Source of the DNA: Candidatus Methanospirareceae archaeon | GTDB taxonomy: Archaea; Halobacteriota; Syntropharchaeia; Alkanophagales; Methanospirareceae | Assembly: GCA_049975405.1 (NCBI GenBank) | Contig: JBNGDK010000004.1 | Location: 270-64,269 of the forward strand | Direction of reading: 5' to 3' | Length of the DNA stretch: 64,000 nucleotides | Part shown: one piece after another, positions 48,815-58,185 of the stretch | Layout: every line of letters begins with the position of its first letter | How positions within the stretch are numbered: the stretch's first letter is position 1 | The notes under the pieces: generated by a model | Database searches by the model: none | What the model was told of the DNA's origin: nothing | What the model saw: the letters and a program-made list of their open reading frames with translations, nothing else | Made by a program: the position numbers and the translations under genes

Positions 48815-49438
48815 ATGGAAGCAGAAGAGCTTGTGAGCGCGGTGGAAGAAGTATTAGGCACGAAGGAGCGCGGATTTGTCGAGAGTGTTGATCTCTGTAT
48901 CAATTTGAAGAATGTAGATTTGAAGCAGCCGAAGAACCGGATCACGGTCGACGTGGTCCTGCCGAAGCAGATCAAGAAGCCGAAGATCGCCGTCTTCGCA
49001 TCCGGTGAGGCAGCAATGAAGTCGAAAGCCGCCGGCGCGGACGTTGTTGATCCGGAAGAGCTGAAGAAGATGGATAAGAAGACCGCACGGGCGCTGGCTC
49101 AGAAGTACGATTACTTCGTGGCAGACACAGCGCTCATGGCGCTGGTGGGTAAGAGCCTGGGCACGATCCTGGGCCCGCGGGGCAAGATGCCACAGCCGCT
49201 CCCGCCTGCCGTTGATCCCGCACCGCTCCTTGAGCGCCTGGCAAAGATCGCACGGATTAAGTCGAAGACCACCACGATCTGGGTGAACGTAGGCCGCCGT
49301 GATATGGCTGCGCGCGACATTGCAGAGAACGCTGCCGCGGTGCTCAAAGCGGTCGAAACGCGGCTAGAGCGCGGGTGGCAGAATATCGGCTCCGTCTACC
49401 TGAAGACGACCATGGGGCCGGCGATAAAGGTAGCATGA
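48815..49438 (+). CDS. rpl1: 50S ribosomal protein uL1
   Basis: 207 aa, following L11 with a 1-nt gap. Confidence 0.95.
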   Translation: MEAEELVSAVEEVLGTKERGFVESVDLCINLKNVDLKQPKNRITVDVVLPKQIKKPKIAVFASGEAAMKSKAAGADVVDPEELKKMDKKTARALAQKYDYFVADTALMALVGKSLGTILGPRGKMPQPLPPAVDPAPLLERLAKIARIKSKTTTIWVNVGRRDMAARDIAENAAAVLKAVETRLERGWQNIGSVYLKTTMGPAIKVA

Positions 49439-49448
49439 GGTAACGAGC

Positions 49449-50387
49449 ATGGTGAAGAAGAAAGTCAAACGAGCGTTACAATGGCGTAAGGATGAGGTAA
49501 AGAAGCTCAAAGGATTGATTGATGAGTATCCTACGGTCGGCATGGCGAAATTCCGCGGGCTCGGCTCCAACCAGCTACAGCGTATTCGCAAGGATTTCAG
49601 GGATAAAGCGGAGATTCGCGTCTCGAAGAATAGCATGCTTAATCTCTCCTTCACCGAGTGCGGCATGGACAGGATGGCCGAGTTCATTGATGATCAGATG
49701 GCACTGATCTTTACCAATTATGATCCGTTCCAGTTGTATTCCGTACTCGAAGCGGGCAAGATCCCGGCACCTATCAAGGCCGGTGCGACCGCACCATTCG
49801 ATATTGTGGTAGGAGCGGGTCCAACCTCGCTGCGGCCTGGCCCGATCGTTGGCGAGCTGCAGAGCAAAGGTATCCCGGCCGGTATCGAGAGCGGCAAGGT
49901 CGTGATCAAGCAGCGGAAGGTCGCGGTAAAGGAGGGCGATACGGTCTCTGCACCGATGGCTGATTTACTGGCAAAGCTGGAGATCTACCCGGTTAAGGAA
50001 GGATTAGACCTTCTTGCAGTCTTCGATCGCGACGGCAACGTGCTCTTCACACCTGAGGTGCTCCATATCGATGTCGATAAATACGTCGCTGACGTGCAGG
50101 AGTGTGCCAAAGCAGCTTTTTCGCTCGCAACGCACCTGAGGTACGACTATCCTACGCGGTTCACCATCCTCGACCTGCTCTATGAGGCGAGTAATAAGGC
50201 ACGTAACGTGGGCTTCAACGCCGCTTACCCGACTGCTGAGACGATCAAGCCGCTGCTGCAGAAAGCGTTTTCCCAGGCACGAAGTCTCGCGCTCACTGCC
50301 GAGGTGTATACGAAAGAAACGATGCCCGATCTCCTGGCAAAGGCGGGCGGGGACGCGCAGAAGCTAAAGACCGTCACGGGAGTGTAG
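49449..50387 (+). CDS. rpl10: 50S ribosomal protein uL10 (P0)
   Basis: 312 aa, long archaeal P0 form. Confidence 0.9.
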   Translation: MVKKKVKRALQWRKDEVKKLKGLIDEYPTVGMAKFRGLGSNQLQRIRKDFRDKAEIRVSKNSMLNLSFTECGMDRMAEFIDDQMALIFTNYDPFQLYSVLEAGKIPAPIKAGATAPFDIVVGAGPTSLRPGPIVGELQSKGIPAGIESGKVVIKQRKVAVKEGDTVSAPMADLLAKLEIYPVKEGLDLLAVFDRDGNVLFTPEVLHIDVDKYVADVQECAKAAFSLATHLRYDYPTRFTILDLLYEASNKARNVGFNAAYPTAETIKPLLQKAFSQARSLALTAEVYTKETMPDLLAKAGGDAQKLKTVTGV

Positions 50388-50454
50388 AATACAATAACGG
50401 TACCACCGCGGAAGGTGCACCGAGCATCGAAAAGACCACATTATCCGTCGAGCC

Positions 50455-50631
50455 ATGAAGAGCCAGGTGATCACGAGCATCATCTTTATCAGTATCGGCC
50501 TCATTCTGCTTATGGGCTATCCAATTACGCTTATTTACTCGATTCCGCTCATTCTCATTGGCCTCGCGCTCTATCTCTTTCGTGGGCGCGAAGCGATAAT
50601 AGAGCACCCTACTGAGGAGTATAGGAGGTAA
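50455..50631 (+). CDS. Small two-TM membrane peptide at the position where rpl12 is expected
   Basis: 58 aa read by hand (MKSQVITSIIFISIGLILLMGYPITLIYSIPLILIGLALYLFRGREAIIEHPTEEYRR), below the ORF-track length cutoff. Confidence 0.3.
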   Translation: MKSQVITSIIFISIGLILLMGYPITLIYSIPLILIGLALYLFRGREAIIEHPTEEYRR

Positions 50632-50657
50632 GAAGAGGAGGTGAAAGGCGGGAGAGG

Positions 50658-50978
50658 ATGATTATCTCAACGACAGATTCTGTGCCGGGCTACAGCTACG
50701 AGATCCTCGGGGGCGCGTTCGGAAACACCGTACGGGCAAAGCACATCGGAAAGGACATCGCCGCGGGCTTGAAGACGATTGTGGGCGGCGAGCTGCAGGA
50801 ATACACGGAAATGCTGTCCGACGCGCGCCAGGAGGCGCTGAACCGACTGATCAACGATGCGCAGCGGCTCGGTGCCGATGCCGTAATTAATGTCCGGTTC
50901 ACAACCTCGCAGACAATGGCTGGAGCTGCAGAGCTTCTGGCTTATGGCACGGCGGTTCGGTTGATCAAATTAGACTAG
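50658..50978 (+). CDS. YbjQ/DUF74-family protein
   Basis: 106 aa with the typical YbjQ pattern ILGGAFGNTVRAK...GGE...GADAVINVRF. Confidence 0.7.
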   Translation: MIISTTDSVPGYSYEILGGAFGNTVRAKHIGKDIAAGLKTIVGGELQEYTEMLSDARQEALNRLINDAQRLGADAVINVRFTTSQTMAGAAELLAYGTAVRLIKLD

Positions 50979-50996
50979 AGTAGGGCGAAGACACTG

Positions 50997-51473
50997 ATGA
51001 TGAGTTCGAACCACACGTTCCTTCGACTCATTACGCACGTGGAGCAGCTACTCGCGTCGAGCGTTGCTCAGGACGAGAAGCTGGCAGCACTTTGTACGCT
51101 TCTCAAGGACTCGGTACCTTACTATAACTGGGTCGGCATTTACCTCCTGGATGCGCAGACCAGAAACGACCTCGTTCTAGGACCGTTCACGGGTACACCG
51201 ACCGAGCACAGCCGAATACCCTTTGGCGCAGGCGTCTGCGGGCAGGCTGCGGTACGTCAGAAAACCATGATCGTCCCGGACGTCAGAAAGGAGCACTACT
51301 ATCTCTCGTGCAGCCCGCTCGTGAAGGCCGAGATCGTCGTGCCCATCCGCTTTGCTGGTACACTACAGGGCGTTCTTGACATAGACTCACATGAACCTGC
51401 ACCCTTCACGGACGCGGACCGCGCCTTTTTGGAGCGGGTCTGTGCGCTCATTGCGCGGCTTTTAGTTGGGTGA
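50997..51473 (+). CDS. GAF-domain protein, free methionine-R-sulfoxide reductase-like
   Basis: 158 aa. NWVGIYLLD...GPFTGTP...IPFGAGVCGQAA...DIDSH are the fRMsr-type GAF landmarks. Confidence 0.7.
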   Translation: MMSSNHTFLRLITHVEQLLASSVAQDEKLAALCTLLKDSVPYYNWVGIYLLDAQTRNDLVLGPFTGTPTEHSRIPFGAGVCGQAAVRQKTMIVPDVRKEHYYLSCSPLVKAEIVVPIRFAGTLQGVLDIDSHEPAPFTDADRAFLERVCALIARLLVG

Positions 51474-51543
51474 GGGCACGGTCTTTTTATCCGTCTTATC
51501 TACTAATTTAATCTGCGCTTCTCTGTGCCATGCTGACTGCCAC

Positions 51544-52632
51544 ATGACCCTCAAAAAACTAGTACCGGTTCGCGATGCCATCGCGGACATAAAGGAATAT
51601 CAACCCGGGAAATTGATCAAAGGTGCGATAAAGCTGAGCTCCAACGAGAATCCTCTGGGTGCAAGCCCGGAAGCGGTCCACGCTATTCTCAATGCGCTAG
51701 CAGCCGGCGAGCTGAACCTGAGCATCTATCCCTGGGAGCGTAACGAAGAAGCATTGAGGGCTGCAATTGCCCGCTATGTCGCGGTTAACGTGGAGAACGT
51801 TGTCATCGGCGCGGGCATCGATGGCGTTCTGGACACGCTCGTTAAGATCTTTCTTGGACGCAACGATGAAGCGATTATCCCTGTGCCCACGTTCTCGCTC
51901 TACGAGTCACTGGTGAAGATCGCTGCTGCGACACCATTCTACATACCGCGAAGCCCCGATGCGAACTACGCTATTTCCATTGATGACCTTGTAGCCGCCA
52001 GTAGCAGCAGAACGCGCATGATCTTTCTCTCATCGCCGAATAACCCAACCGGGAACTGCATCGCGGTGGATGACGTGCGTAAGCTCGCGGAATCAGTGCC
52101 GAGGGCTATGGTAATGCTTGACGAAGCTTACGTCGAGTTCGCCGATGCATCCTTGGTCAGGCTTACGAGCGAATACGAGAACGTGCTGGTCTTACGTACC
52201 TTCTCGAAGGCTTTTGGACTCGCCGGGCTGCGCGTTGGCTACGCTGTACTGCCCGAATGGGTGGTGGGCATGTACCGGAAAGTCTCGCTCCCCTTCACGG
52301 TGAATGACGTCGCACTCGTTGCCGCGCTCGCCGCGCTACAGGATACCGAGCACCTGCGACGGAGTGTCGAGCTGGTACGGTCTGGACGTCAGTATCTCAC
52401 AACCGCGCTTCAGGGGCTCTTCACGGTGTACCCGTCCGAAGCGAACTTTGTACTCGTGGACGTCGTTCCCAGAACGTCTTCTGAAGTGTGTAGCGAGCTG
52501 GAAGAGAAGGGTATTACCGTTCGCGACTGTAGATCCTTCAGGGGAGCTGGCGATTCGCTTATCCGGATCAGTGTGGGCACACAGGAGCAGAACGAGAAAC
52601 TCGTTACAGCGCTGAAAGCAAAAGAACGGTGA
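51544..52632 (+). CDS. hisC: Histidinol-phosphate aminotransferase
   Basis: About 362 aa from the ATG at 51544; the ORF-track start at 51466 is a TTG extension. It has SSNENPLG and a PLP lysine in RTFSKAFGLAGLRVGY. Confidence 0.85.
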   Translation: MTLKKLVPVRDAIADIKEYQPGKLIKGAIKLSSNENPLGASPEAVHAILNALAAGELNLSIYPWERNEEALRAAIARYVAVNVENVVIGAGIDGVLDTLVKIFLGRNDEAIIPVPTFSLYESLVKIAAATPFYIPRSPDANYAISIDDLVAASSSRTRMIFLSSPNNPTGNCIAVDDVRKLAESVPRAMVMLDEAYVEFADASLVRLTSEYENVLVLRTFSKAFGLAGLRVGYAVLPEWVVGMYRKVSLPFTVNDVALVAALAALQDTEHLRRSVELVRSGRQYLTTALQGLFTVYPSEANFVLVDVVPRTSSEVCSELEEKGITVRDCRSFRGAGDSLIRISVGTQEQNEKLVTALKAKER

Positions 52633-52701
52633 GTACGCGAATCAGGTTCGCTATCTTTAAAGAGGCAAGTAACTGGCTGGCGAGCGCTTTTTGGTGGCCA
52701 C

Positions 52702-53610
52702 TTACGCGGATAAAGCGAGCATACGTTCTATGGGCTTCCGCGCACGCTCCATGATCTCGGGTGGCAGGTCGATCCGCGGCTTTTCCTGCTCCAGTGACCT
52801 GAGAATCTTCGGTAAGGTGATCATCTTCATCTGCGGGCAGACGGCGGTCGTGGAAATAGGGTAATACGCCTTATCCGGCGCTTCCTTTTTCAAACGGTGC
52901 AGGATCCCGATCTCCGTGCCTATCAGGAGTTCCTTGTCCGCAATGTCCCGTACAAGCCGCACCATCCCACCGGTTGATGCGACGTAATCCGCTTGTTCCT
53001 GAATCTCAGGTGTGACTTCGGGGTGCACGATGATCGTTGCGGTCGGGTGCGCCTTCTTCGCGGATTCCAGCTCTTCAAGCGAGATCTGATGATGTGAGGG
53101 GCAATTCCCGTGCTCGGGCACGATGATGAGCCTCTTGTCACTGCCCTTCTGCGCATAATAGCCCAGGTTGCGATCCGGCCCAAAGATAACCTCCTCAGAA
53201 TCCATTGCCCGAACGATCTCAGGTGCGTTCGCCGAGGTGCAGATACAGTCCGCAAGTGTCTTGCTCTCAGCACGCGTATTGATGTAGAGAACCGTCTCGG
53301 CTTCCGGGTGCGCACGCTGTACGGATCGAAGCTCCTCGCTCACCAAGTGCTGCGCCATCGGGCAGATCGAGCAAAGATCAGGCAGAATCACCGCCTTCTC
53401 CGGATTCAAGATCGCCGCGGTCTCTGCCATAAAATCAACCCCACAAAAGACGATCAGTTCCGCATCTGTCGCCGTCGCTCGTCGCGCGAGCTCCAAGGAG
53501 TCACCAACGAAGTCCGCAATGTCCTGCACCGCAGGTATCTGGTAGTTATGCGCCAGAATGATCGCATTTCTCTCCCGCTTCAACGCCGCTATTCGCTCTT
53601 CGATCTGCAT
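52702..53610 (-). CDS. nadA: Quinolinate synthase NadA
   Basis: About 302 aa from the internal Met, MQIEERIAALKRERNAIILAHNYQ; the track ORF runs upstream to 53838. It has three Cys ligands and the FCGVDFMAE motif. Confidence 0.85.
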   Translation of the reverse strand: MQIEERIAALKRERNAIILAHNYQIPAVQDIADFVGDSLELARRATATDAELIVFCGVDFMAETAAILNPEKAVILPDLCSICPMAQHLVSEELRSVQRAHPEAETVLYINTRAESKTLADCICTSANAPEIVRAMDSEEVIFGPDRNLGYYAQKGSDKRLIIVPEHGNCPSHHQISLEELESAKKAHPTATIIVHPEVTPEIQEQADYVASTGGMVRLVRDIADKELLIGTEIGILHRLKKEAPDKAYYPISTTAVCPQMKMITLPKILRSLEQEKPRIDLPPEIMERARKPIERMLALSA

Positions 53611-53775
53611 CCCTTCCTTACTTTCCCTTTTCTTATTTTCACCATTAAATACTTCAGGGCACCTTCTGTCCGCACATTCGGTTACGGAACCGCAAAGGCC
53701 GTCACTGTATTTATCATTTCGGATACTCAATGATTTTACAGCGTGCTTGCTTGAAAGCTCGAAGCGTTCGGAAAC

Positions 53776-54219
53776 ATGAACGGCACGTATGTGCTTATTA
53801 TCGAGACGGTAAACGATACCGAGCTGAATGTTGGACAACGGGGGCTTCTTGCCTTCTCTAAAGGTTATTATGCCTATGTTGGTTCCGCGCTTTCGGGCCT
53901 GGAATCACGGATCCACCGGCACCTCCGTAAACCGGGTGACAAGAAACAACTGCACTGGCACATCGATTTTTTTCTCGCGGATCCTGCGGTTCGCGTGACG
54001 GACGTGATCTTTTCAGAATCGAAGACGCGTAAAGAATGCGAGGTCGCCGCATACCTGGACGCACACCTGAATTCCATCGCGCAGTTTGGCTGTTCTGATT
54101 GCGCGTGCTCCAGTCACCTCTTCTTCTCCTCCAGCCACACCGAGCTGCTGCAGCACGTTTACGATAGTTTTCACGCCGCGGGCGCAAACTTCCGCGCAAT
54201 GAAGATAAAACCGGTATGA
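53776..54219 (+). CDS. DUF123 / GIY-YIG-like (Uri superfamily) nuclease-fold protein
   Basis: 147 aa. GTYVLII...KGYYAYVGSA is the DUF123 signature, and there is a C-terminal CSDCAC. Confidence 0.55.
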   Translation: MNGTYVLIIETVNDTELNVGQRGLLAFSKGYYAYVGSALSGLESRIHRHLRKPGDKKQLHWHIDFFLADPAVRVTDVIFSESKTRKECEVAAYLDAHLNSIAQFGCSDCACSSHLFFSSSHTELLQHVYDSFHAAGANFRAMKIKPV

Positions 54220-54986
54220 GCGACCATGCGATTCTCCGGCCGCATACTCCGCCCTTTAACCTCCCAGCCGCGTAGTGCCATTTCGTAAATGCCCATGACC
54301 CGGAATCGCTCCGCGAACTGTGACTCAAGCCGCTTCGAGAGCTTGAAGATCTGCAGCACGGTCGGATTATAGCAGAGCAGAATACCACCGTTTCGGAGTG
54401 CTACATCAACGTGTTTCAGCGCTCTCCAGGGCTCTTGAAGGTCCAGAATTACTCGATCTACATCACGCTCCTCTATCCCGTCGTATACGTCCTTCTCCCT
54501 GACGATTAGCTCGCCCGAGCCCTCTGCTCCCGCACTCTCAACCGCACCGAAGAAGGTTTCGATGTTGCTGCGAGCGACCCCCAGAAAGTCCGACCGTCGC
54601 TCATAGGATATTACGGTGCCGCGCGGTCCTACAGCACGGAGCAGCGCCATCGTCAGCGCGCCCGAGCCAATGCCCGCCTCCAGTACCCGTGCACCCGGGA
54701 AGATATCGGCGAACATCAGGATAGCTGCGATATCCTTTGGATAAATGATCTGCGAGCCTTTTCGCATCTTGGCGATATACTCTTCCAGGGTCGGTCGAGT
54801 GACGAGAAGTCGCTCACCATGATCTGATTTTACCACGCTCCCGTCCTCCAGACCGATGAGTTCGTCGTGAGCCAGCGAACCGCGGCGGAACGTGAACGTG
54901 GCTCCCGTTTTCACGAGTATCTGGTATCTCCGTCCTTTTCTGTCAAGAAGGTGCACCAGTTCGCCTTCGGTTATCGGACCGACCAT
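54171..54986 (-). CDS. trmI: tRNA (adenine57/58-N1)-methyltransferase TrmI (GCD14 family)
   Basis: About 271 aa from the internal Met MVGPITEGE; the track start at 55085 is probably over-extended. It has a VLEAGIGSGALT SAM motif. Confidence 0.8.
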   Translation of the reverse strand: MVGPITEGELVHLLDRKGRRYQILVKTGATFTFRRGSLAHDELIGLEDGSVVKSDHGERLLVTRPTLEEYIAKMRKGSQIIYPKDIAAILMFADIFPGARVLEAGIGSGALTMALLRAVGPRGTVISYERRSDFLGVARSNIETFFGAVESAGAEGSGELIVREKDVYDGIEERDVDRVILDLQEPWRALKHVDVALRNGGILLCYNPTVLQIFKLSKRLESQFAERFRVMGIYEMALRGWEVKGRSMRPENRMVAHTGFIFIARKFAPAA

Positions 54987-55123
54987 GCTCTTTAATATTC
55001 CACGCTTCACTACTACAAAAAGAACCACGTAAATAACTTCGCGAATGATACTCCTACGGGCTCTCCTGCGTGTGCACCGTTTCACGGCGGTGATTTGCGC
55101 GGAAACAGAATGGGTGAACTACG

Positions 55124-56509
55124 ATGCTTGATCTCCTTCGTATCGCACTGGAATTTGCTACGCCGCGTTGCGACCAGGTCGAACTCTACGGCGAACGGGG
55201 CACTGTGCTCAGCATTGAGCTTGAGCGCGATGAGGTCAAGACCATGCGGTACGTGAGAAGCACGGGGATCGGCGTCCGCGTCGTTATCGCACATAAAATC
55301 GGATTCGCGCACACCACAGCAGTTGAGCAGCGGAACCTAGAGGAGTGCGTCACACATGCCATCAAGCACGCGCGTGTATCCGAACATGACATGCACTTCA
55401 GAAGCTTGCCATCACGGAAGATGGGCGCGCTTACTCGCGGTTACTGCACACCTGAAAAAACGTTCGATCGCACCATCATTGAGATGCTCAATGCGGAAAG
55501 CGGGAGCGAACTGGCGATGAACTACTGTAAGGAAATGCTCGCGGGAACGAGCGCGTATGAGCTGAAACCGGGCATTGGGTGCGAACCCACTGAGGGGAGC
55601 TTCGCCGCAGGGCACGATGAGAGTTTCATTATGAACTCGGAGGGTGTCGAAATTCATGATTCGGGCACGTATGCGTCAGCTGGTATGTCAGTCGTCGCAC
55701 GCGACGGGCTGGGTGAAGAGACTTCAGGCTACGAGAGCAAAGTGAGCCGGCTGCTCAATGAGGTTGATTTTGGCGCGATCGGTACAGAAGCGGTACGACT
55801 CGCAGCCGAAAACCTTGGTGGCAAACCTATCCAAACGAAGAAGCTCCCGGTGATCTTCTCACCTCACGCTGTGCAGAGCCTCTTCGCCTACACCCTTATC
55901 CCTCAGCTGAGCGCGGAAACCGTGCAGCGAAAACAGTCGCCCTATTATGGTAGAAAAGGCGAAGCGATTGCGTCCGAGATGCTCACGATTGTTGACGACG
56001 GCACGATGCCGCTGGGTGTGAACACCCGGAAGATGGACGGCGAAGGTGTCCCTACGCAATCAACAACCCTTGTTGCGAACGGCGTGCTCACCAATTTCTT
56101 CTATGATACCTACACCGGCGCGAAAGATCAGGTCGAAAGCACGGGAAACGCCCTGCGCGGCTTCAGCAGTCTACCGGTACCTGGCCCGACGAACTTCATC
56201 CTGAAGGCAGCAGACGACCGTGCAATCGCCACGAAGGACGAGCTTCTGGGCGATGCAAAGGACGGACTCTTTGTGCATGACGTTATCGGTGCGCACACCG
56301 CTTCTCGCGCATCTGGCGATTTCTCCGTCGTTGCTCAAAATGCCGTTGCGTTTAGCAAAGGCGCTTCATTTCCCGTTAAACATGCCATGATCGCAGGTAA
56401 TTCGCAGGAGCTTTTGAAACACGTAGAGCTGCTCGGTGATGACTCGCAACAGATTTACACGGTCGTCTCCCCCTCGCTACTGATAGCCGCGGTACAGGTC
56501 ATCGGGTAG
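55124..56509 (+). CDS. TldD/PmbA-family metalloprotease
   Basis: 461 aa with TldD/PmbA architecture, including the conserved C-terminal GxC...HxxxE-like region. Confidence 0.8.
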   Translation: MLDLLRIALEFATPRCDQVELYGERGTVLSIELERDEVKTMRYVRSTGIGVRVVIAHKIGFAHTTAVEQRNLEECVTHAIKHARVSEHDMHFRSLPSRKMGALTRGYCTPEKTFDRTIIEMLNAESGSELAMNYCKEMLAGTSAYELKPGIGCEPTEGSFAAGHDESFIMNSEGVEIHDSGTYASAGMSVVARDGLGEETSGYESKVSRLLNEVDFGAIGTEAVRLAAENLGGKPIQTKKLPVIFSPHAVQSLFAYTLIPQLSAETVQRKQSPYYGRKGEAIASEMLTIVDDGTMPLGVNTRKMDGEGVPTQSTTLVANGVLTNFFYDTYTGAKDQVESTGNALRGFSSLPVPGPTNFILKAADDRAIATKDELLGDAKDGLFVHDVIGAHTASRASGDFSVVAQNAVAFSKGASFPVKHAMIAGNSQELLKHVELLGDDSQQIYTVVSPSLLIAAVQVIG

Positions 56510-56741
56510 CGCGCTTCTTCAGCCTCTTCACTCCCGCTTCGCGCCGCGGATTCGGCGACCCATCATTTCCTGTGGAAGCGGCTGCCGCACTTCAATCGTG
56601 TTCCGCGAACGAAGCTAAAACCTTTTTAACTGCTTATTTTGCTTTTTAAACGACTAAAATGCATTTTCCTGTAAGCGCGCTCAAGAGCATTTCCATCCGA
56701 TAACTTTATATAACCCCTCATTCCTATATAGGAGAAGGAAA

Positions 56742-57866
56742 ATGTGGGGCGATAGGCTTAAAGAAAAAGAGGAAAAGATGGGAGAGATGCTGGGATACGC
56801 GAAAGAGACGGAAAATAAGCCGGTCGAGGAGGATGACGATTTGTTTGGTGTTCCTCAACTAGCGATCGTTGGTGTCGGTGGCGCTGGCAACAACTCTATG
56901 AATCGTTTGGAATATCTGGGTGGCTTGGAAGGGGTGAGCAGAATTGCTATCAACACCGACAAGCTGCATCTGGACTCCATTAGGTGTGAGAACAAGTATT
57001 TGATCGGAAAATCGCTCACGCGCGGATTGGGCGCGGGCGGTTCGCCGGATATGGGTCGGAAGGCCGCGGAACTGGACAAGGAAGCAATTCGGCGGCTCGT
57101 GACGGGCAAGAACTTCGTCTTCCTCACCGCAGGTATGGGCGGCGGTACCGGTACAGGCGCAGCGCCGGTGGTTGCCGATATTGCGAAGGAAGAGGGCGCA
57201 ATTGTCGTGGCGATGGTCTCATATCCGTTTGAAGCGGAGCGGATCAGACGGAAAAAAGCGGCAGAGGGTATTGAGCGCTTGCGAGAAACCACTGATACGG
57301 TTATTGTGCTGGAGAACGACAAGCTGATCAAGTACGCGGGCAATCTGCCGGTAAATGACGCATTCAGGACAATGGATATGCTGATCGCGGAGACTATCCA
57401 GGGGATAACGGAGACGATCACGCGGCCGTCATTGGTGAATCTCGACTTTGCGGACCTCAAAGCAGTAATGGAGGAGGGTGGTGTAGCGGTCATGCTCGTG
57501 GGCGAAACGGCCAAATCAGAGCACAAACCTGAAGCGGTCGTCGAGGACGCGCTCTGTCACCCGTTGCTGGAGGCAGATTATCGCGGTGCAACGGGCTCGC
57601 TGATTCACGTGACTGGCGGCTCTGACCTCACGATGAAAGAGACCAACGACATCGTTGAACTGCTCACGTACGAGCTGGATCAGAACGCGAACGTGATCTG
57701 GGGCGCGCGCGTCAATGAGGATTTCAACGGCATGGCGAAAGTCGTCGCGATAATGACCGGGGTGGAGCCGAGATGGACGTTTGGCGGCGTGTATGATGAG
57801 CGCAAAGAGCGTGTTGGTGCGGGCGCAGGTGGCTTGAGTGATCTCATCCCCGTTTATCATCGCTGA
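56742..57866 (+). CDS. ftsZ: Cell division GTPase FtsZ
   Basis: 374 aa with the tubulin signature GGGTGTG and the T7 loop NVDFADL. A TATA-like CTTTATATAA lies about 35 nt upstream. Confidence 0.95.
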   Translation: MWGDRLKEKEEKMGEMLGYAKETENKPVEEDDDLFGVPQLAIVGVGGAGNNSMNRLEYLGGLEGVSRIAINTDKLHLDSIRCENKYLIGKSLTRGLGAGGSPDMGRKAAELDKEAIRRLVTGKNFVFLTAGMGGGTGTGAAPVVADIAKEEGAIVVAMVSYPFEAERIRRKKAAEGIERLRETTDTVIVLENDKLIKYAGNLPVNDAFRTMDMLIAETIQGITETITRPSLVNLDFADLKAVMEEGGVAVMLVGETAKSEHKPEAVVEDALCHPLLEADYRGATGSLIHVTGGSDLTMKETNDIVELLTYELDQNANVIWGARVNEDFNGMAKVVAIMTGVEPRWTFGGVYDERKERVGAGAGGLSDLIPVYHR

Positions 57867-57911
57867 GTAACCAAACGAGCTATAATTTATCCTCGGAGAA
57901 CAAATTATAAA

Positions 57912-58185
57912 GTACGGGAGAGAGGAAGGGCAGCCGCCGGTCCTCGTTGTTCGAGGGCTGAGGAAAGTCCCCCCACCGTAGGGAGCGAACGCCGAGAGGG
58001 CGTAAGGCGAGAGTCTTGGCTCTGGTATAGAAACGGAACCGGGCCATACCCAGGTGATGATTCCGTAAGGATGAAGTCGTATGGTCACGGATGGAACGAC
58101 CAGCCTCGCGGGTGCAAGCCTGAGGAAGGCGCTCAGATAAATGCTGCTGAAACAGAAGGGGGCTTACTCTCCTCACTCCCGGTAC
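57912..58185 (+). ncRNA. rnpB: RNase P RNA
   Basis: GAGGAAAGTCC at 57960-57970 is the universal P4 5' strand, and ACAGAAGGGGGCTTAC at 58151-58166 is the P4 3' strand (consensus ACAGAAnCCGGCUUA). GTACGGGAGAGAGG at the 5' end pairs with CCTCACTCCCGGTAC at the 3' end to form a P1 helix. GCAAGCCTGAGGAAGG...CAGATAAATG matches the P15-P16 region of type A RNase P RNA. The element is non-coding. Confidence 0.8.

Noticed and set aside
50415-50615. His/Tyr-rich 66-aa ORF between rpl10 and the YbjQ gene
   Set aside because: It overlaps, in another frame, a far more protein-like two-TM peptide (50455-50631). Its composition suggests a frame artifact. Neither is strongly supported.
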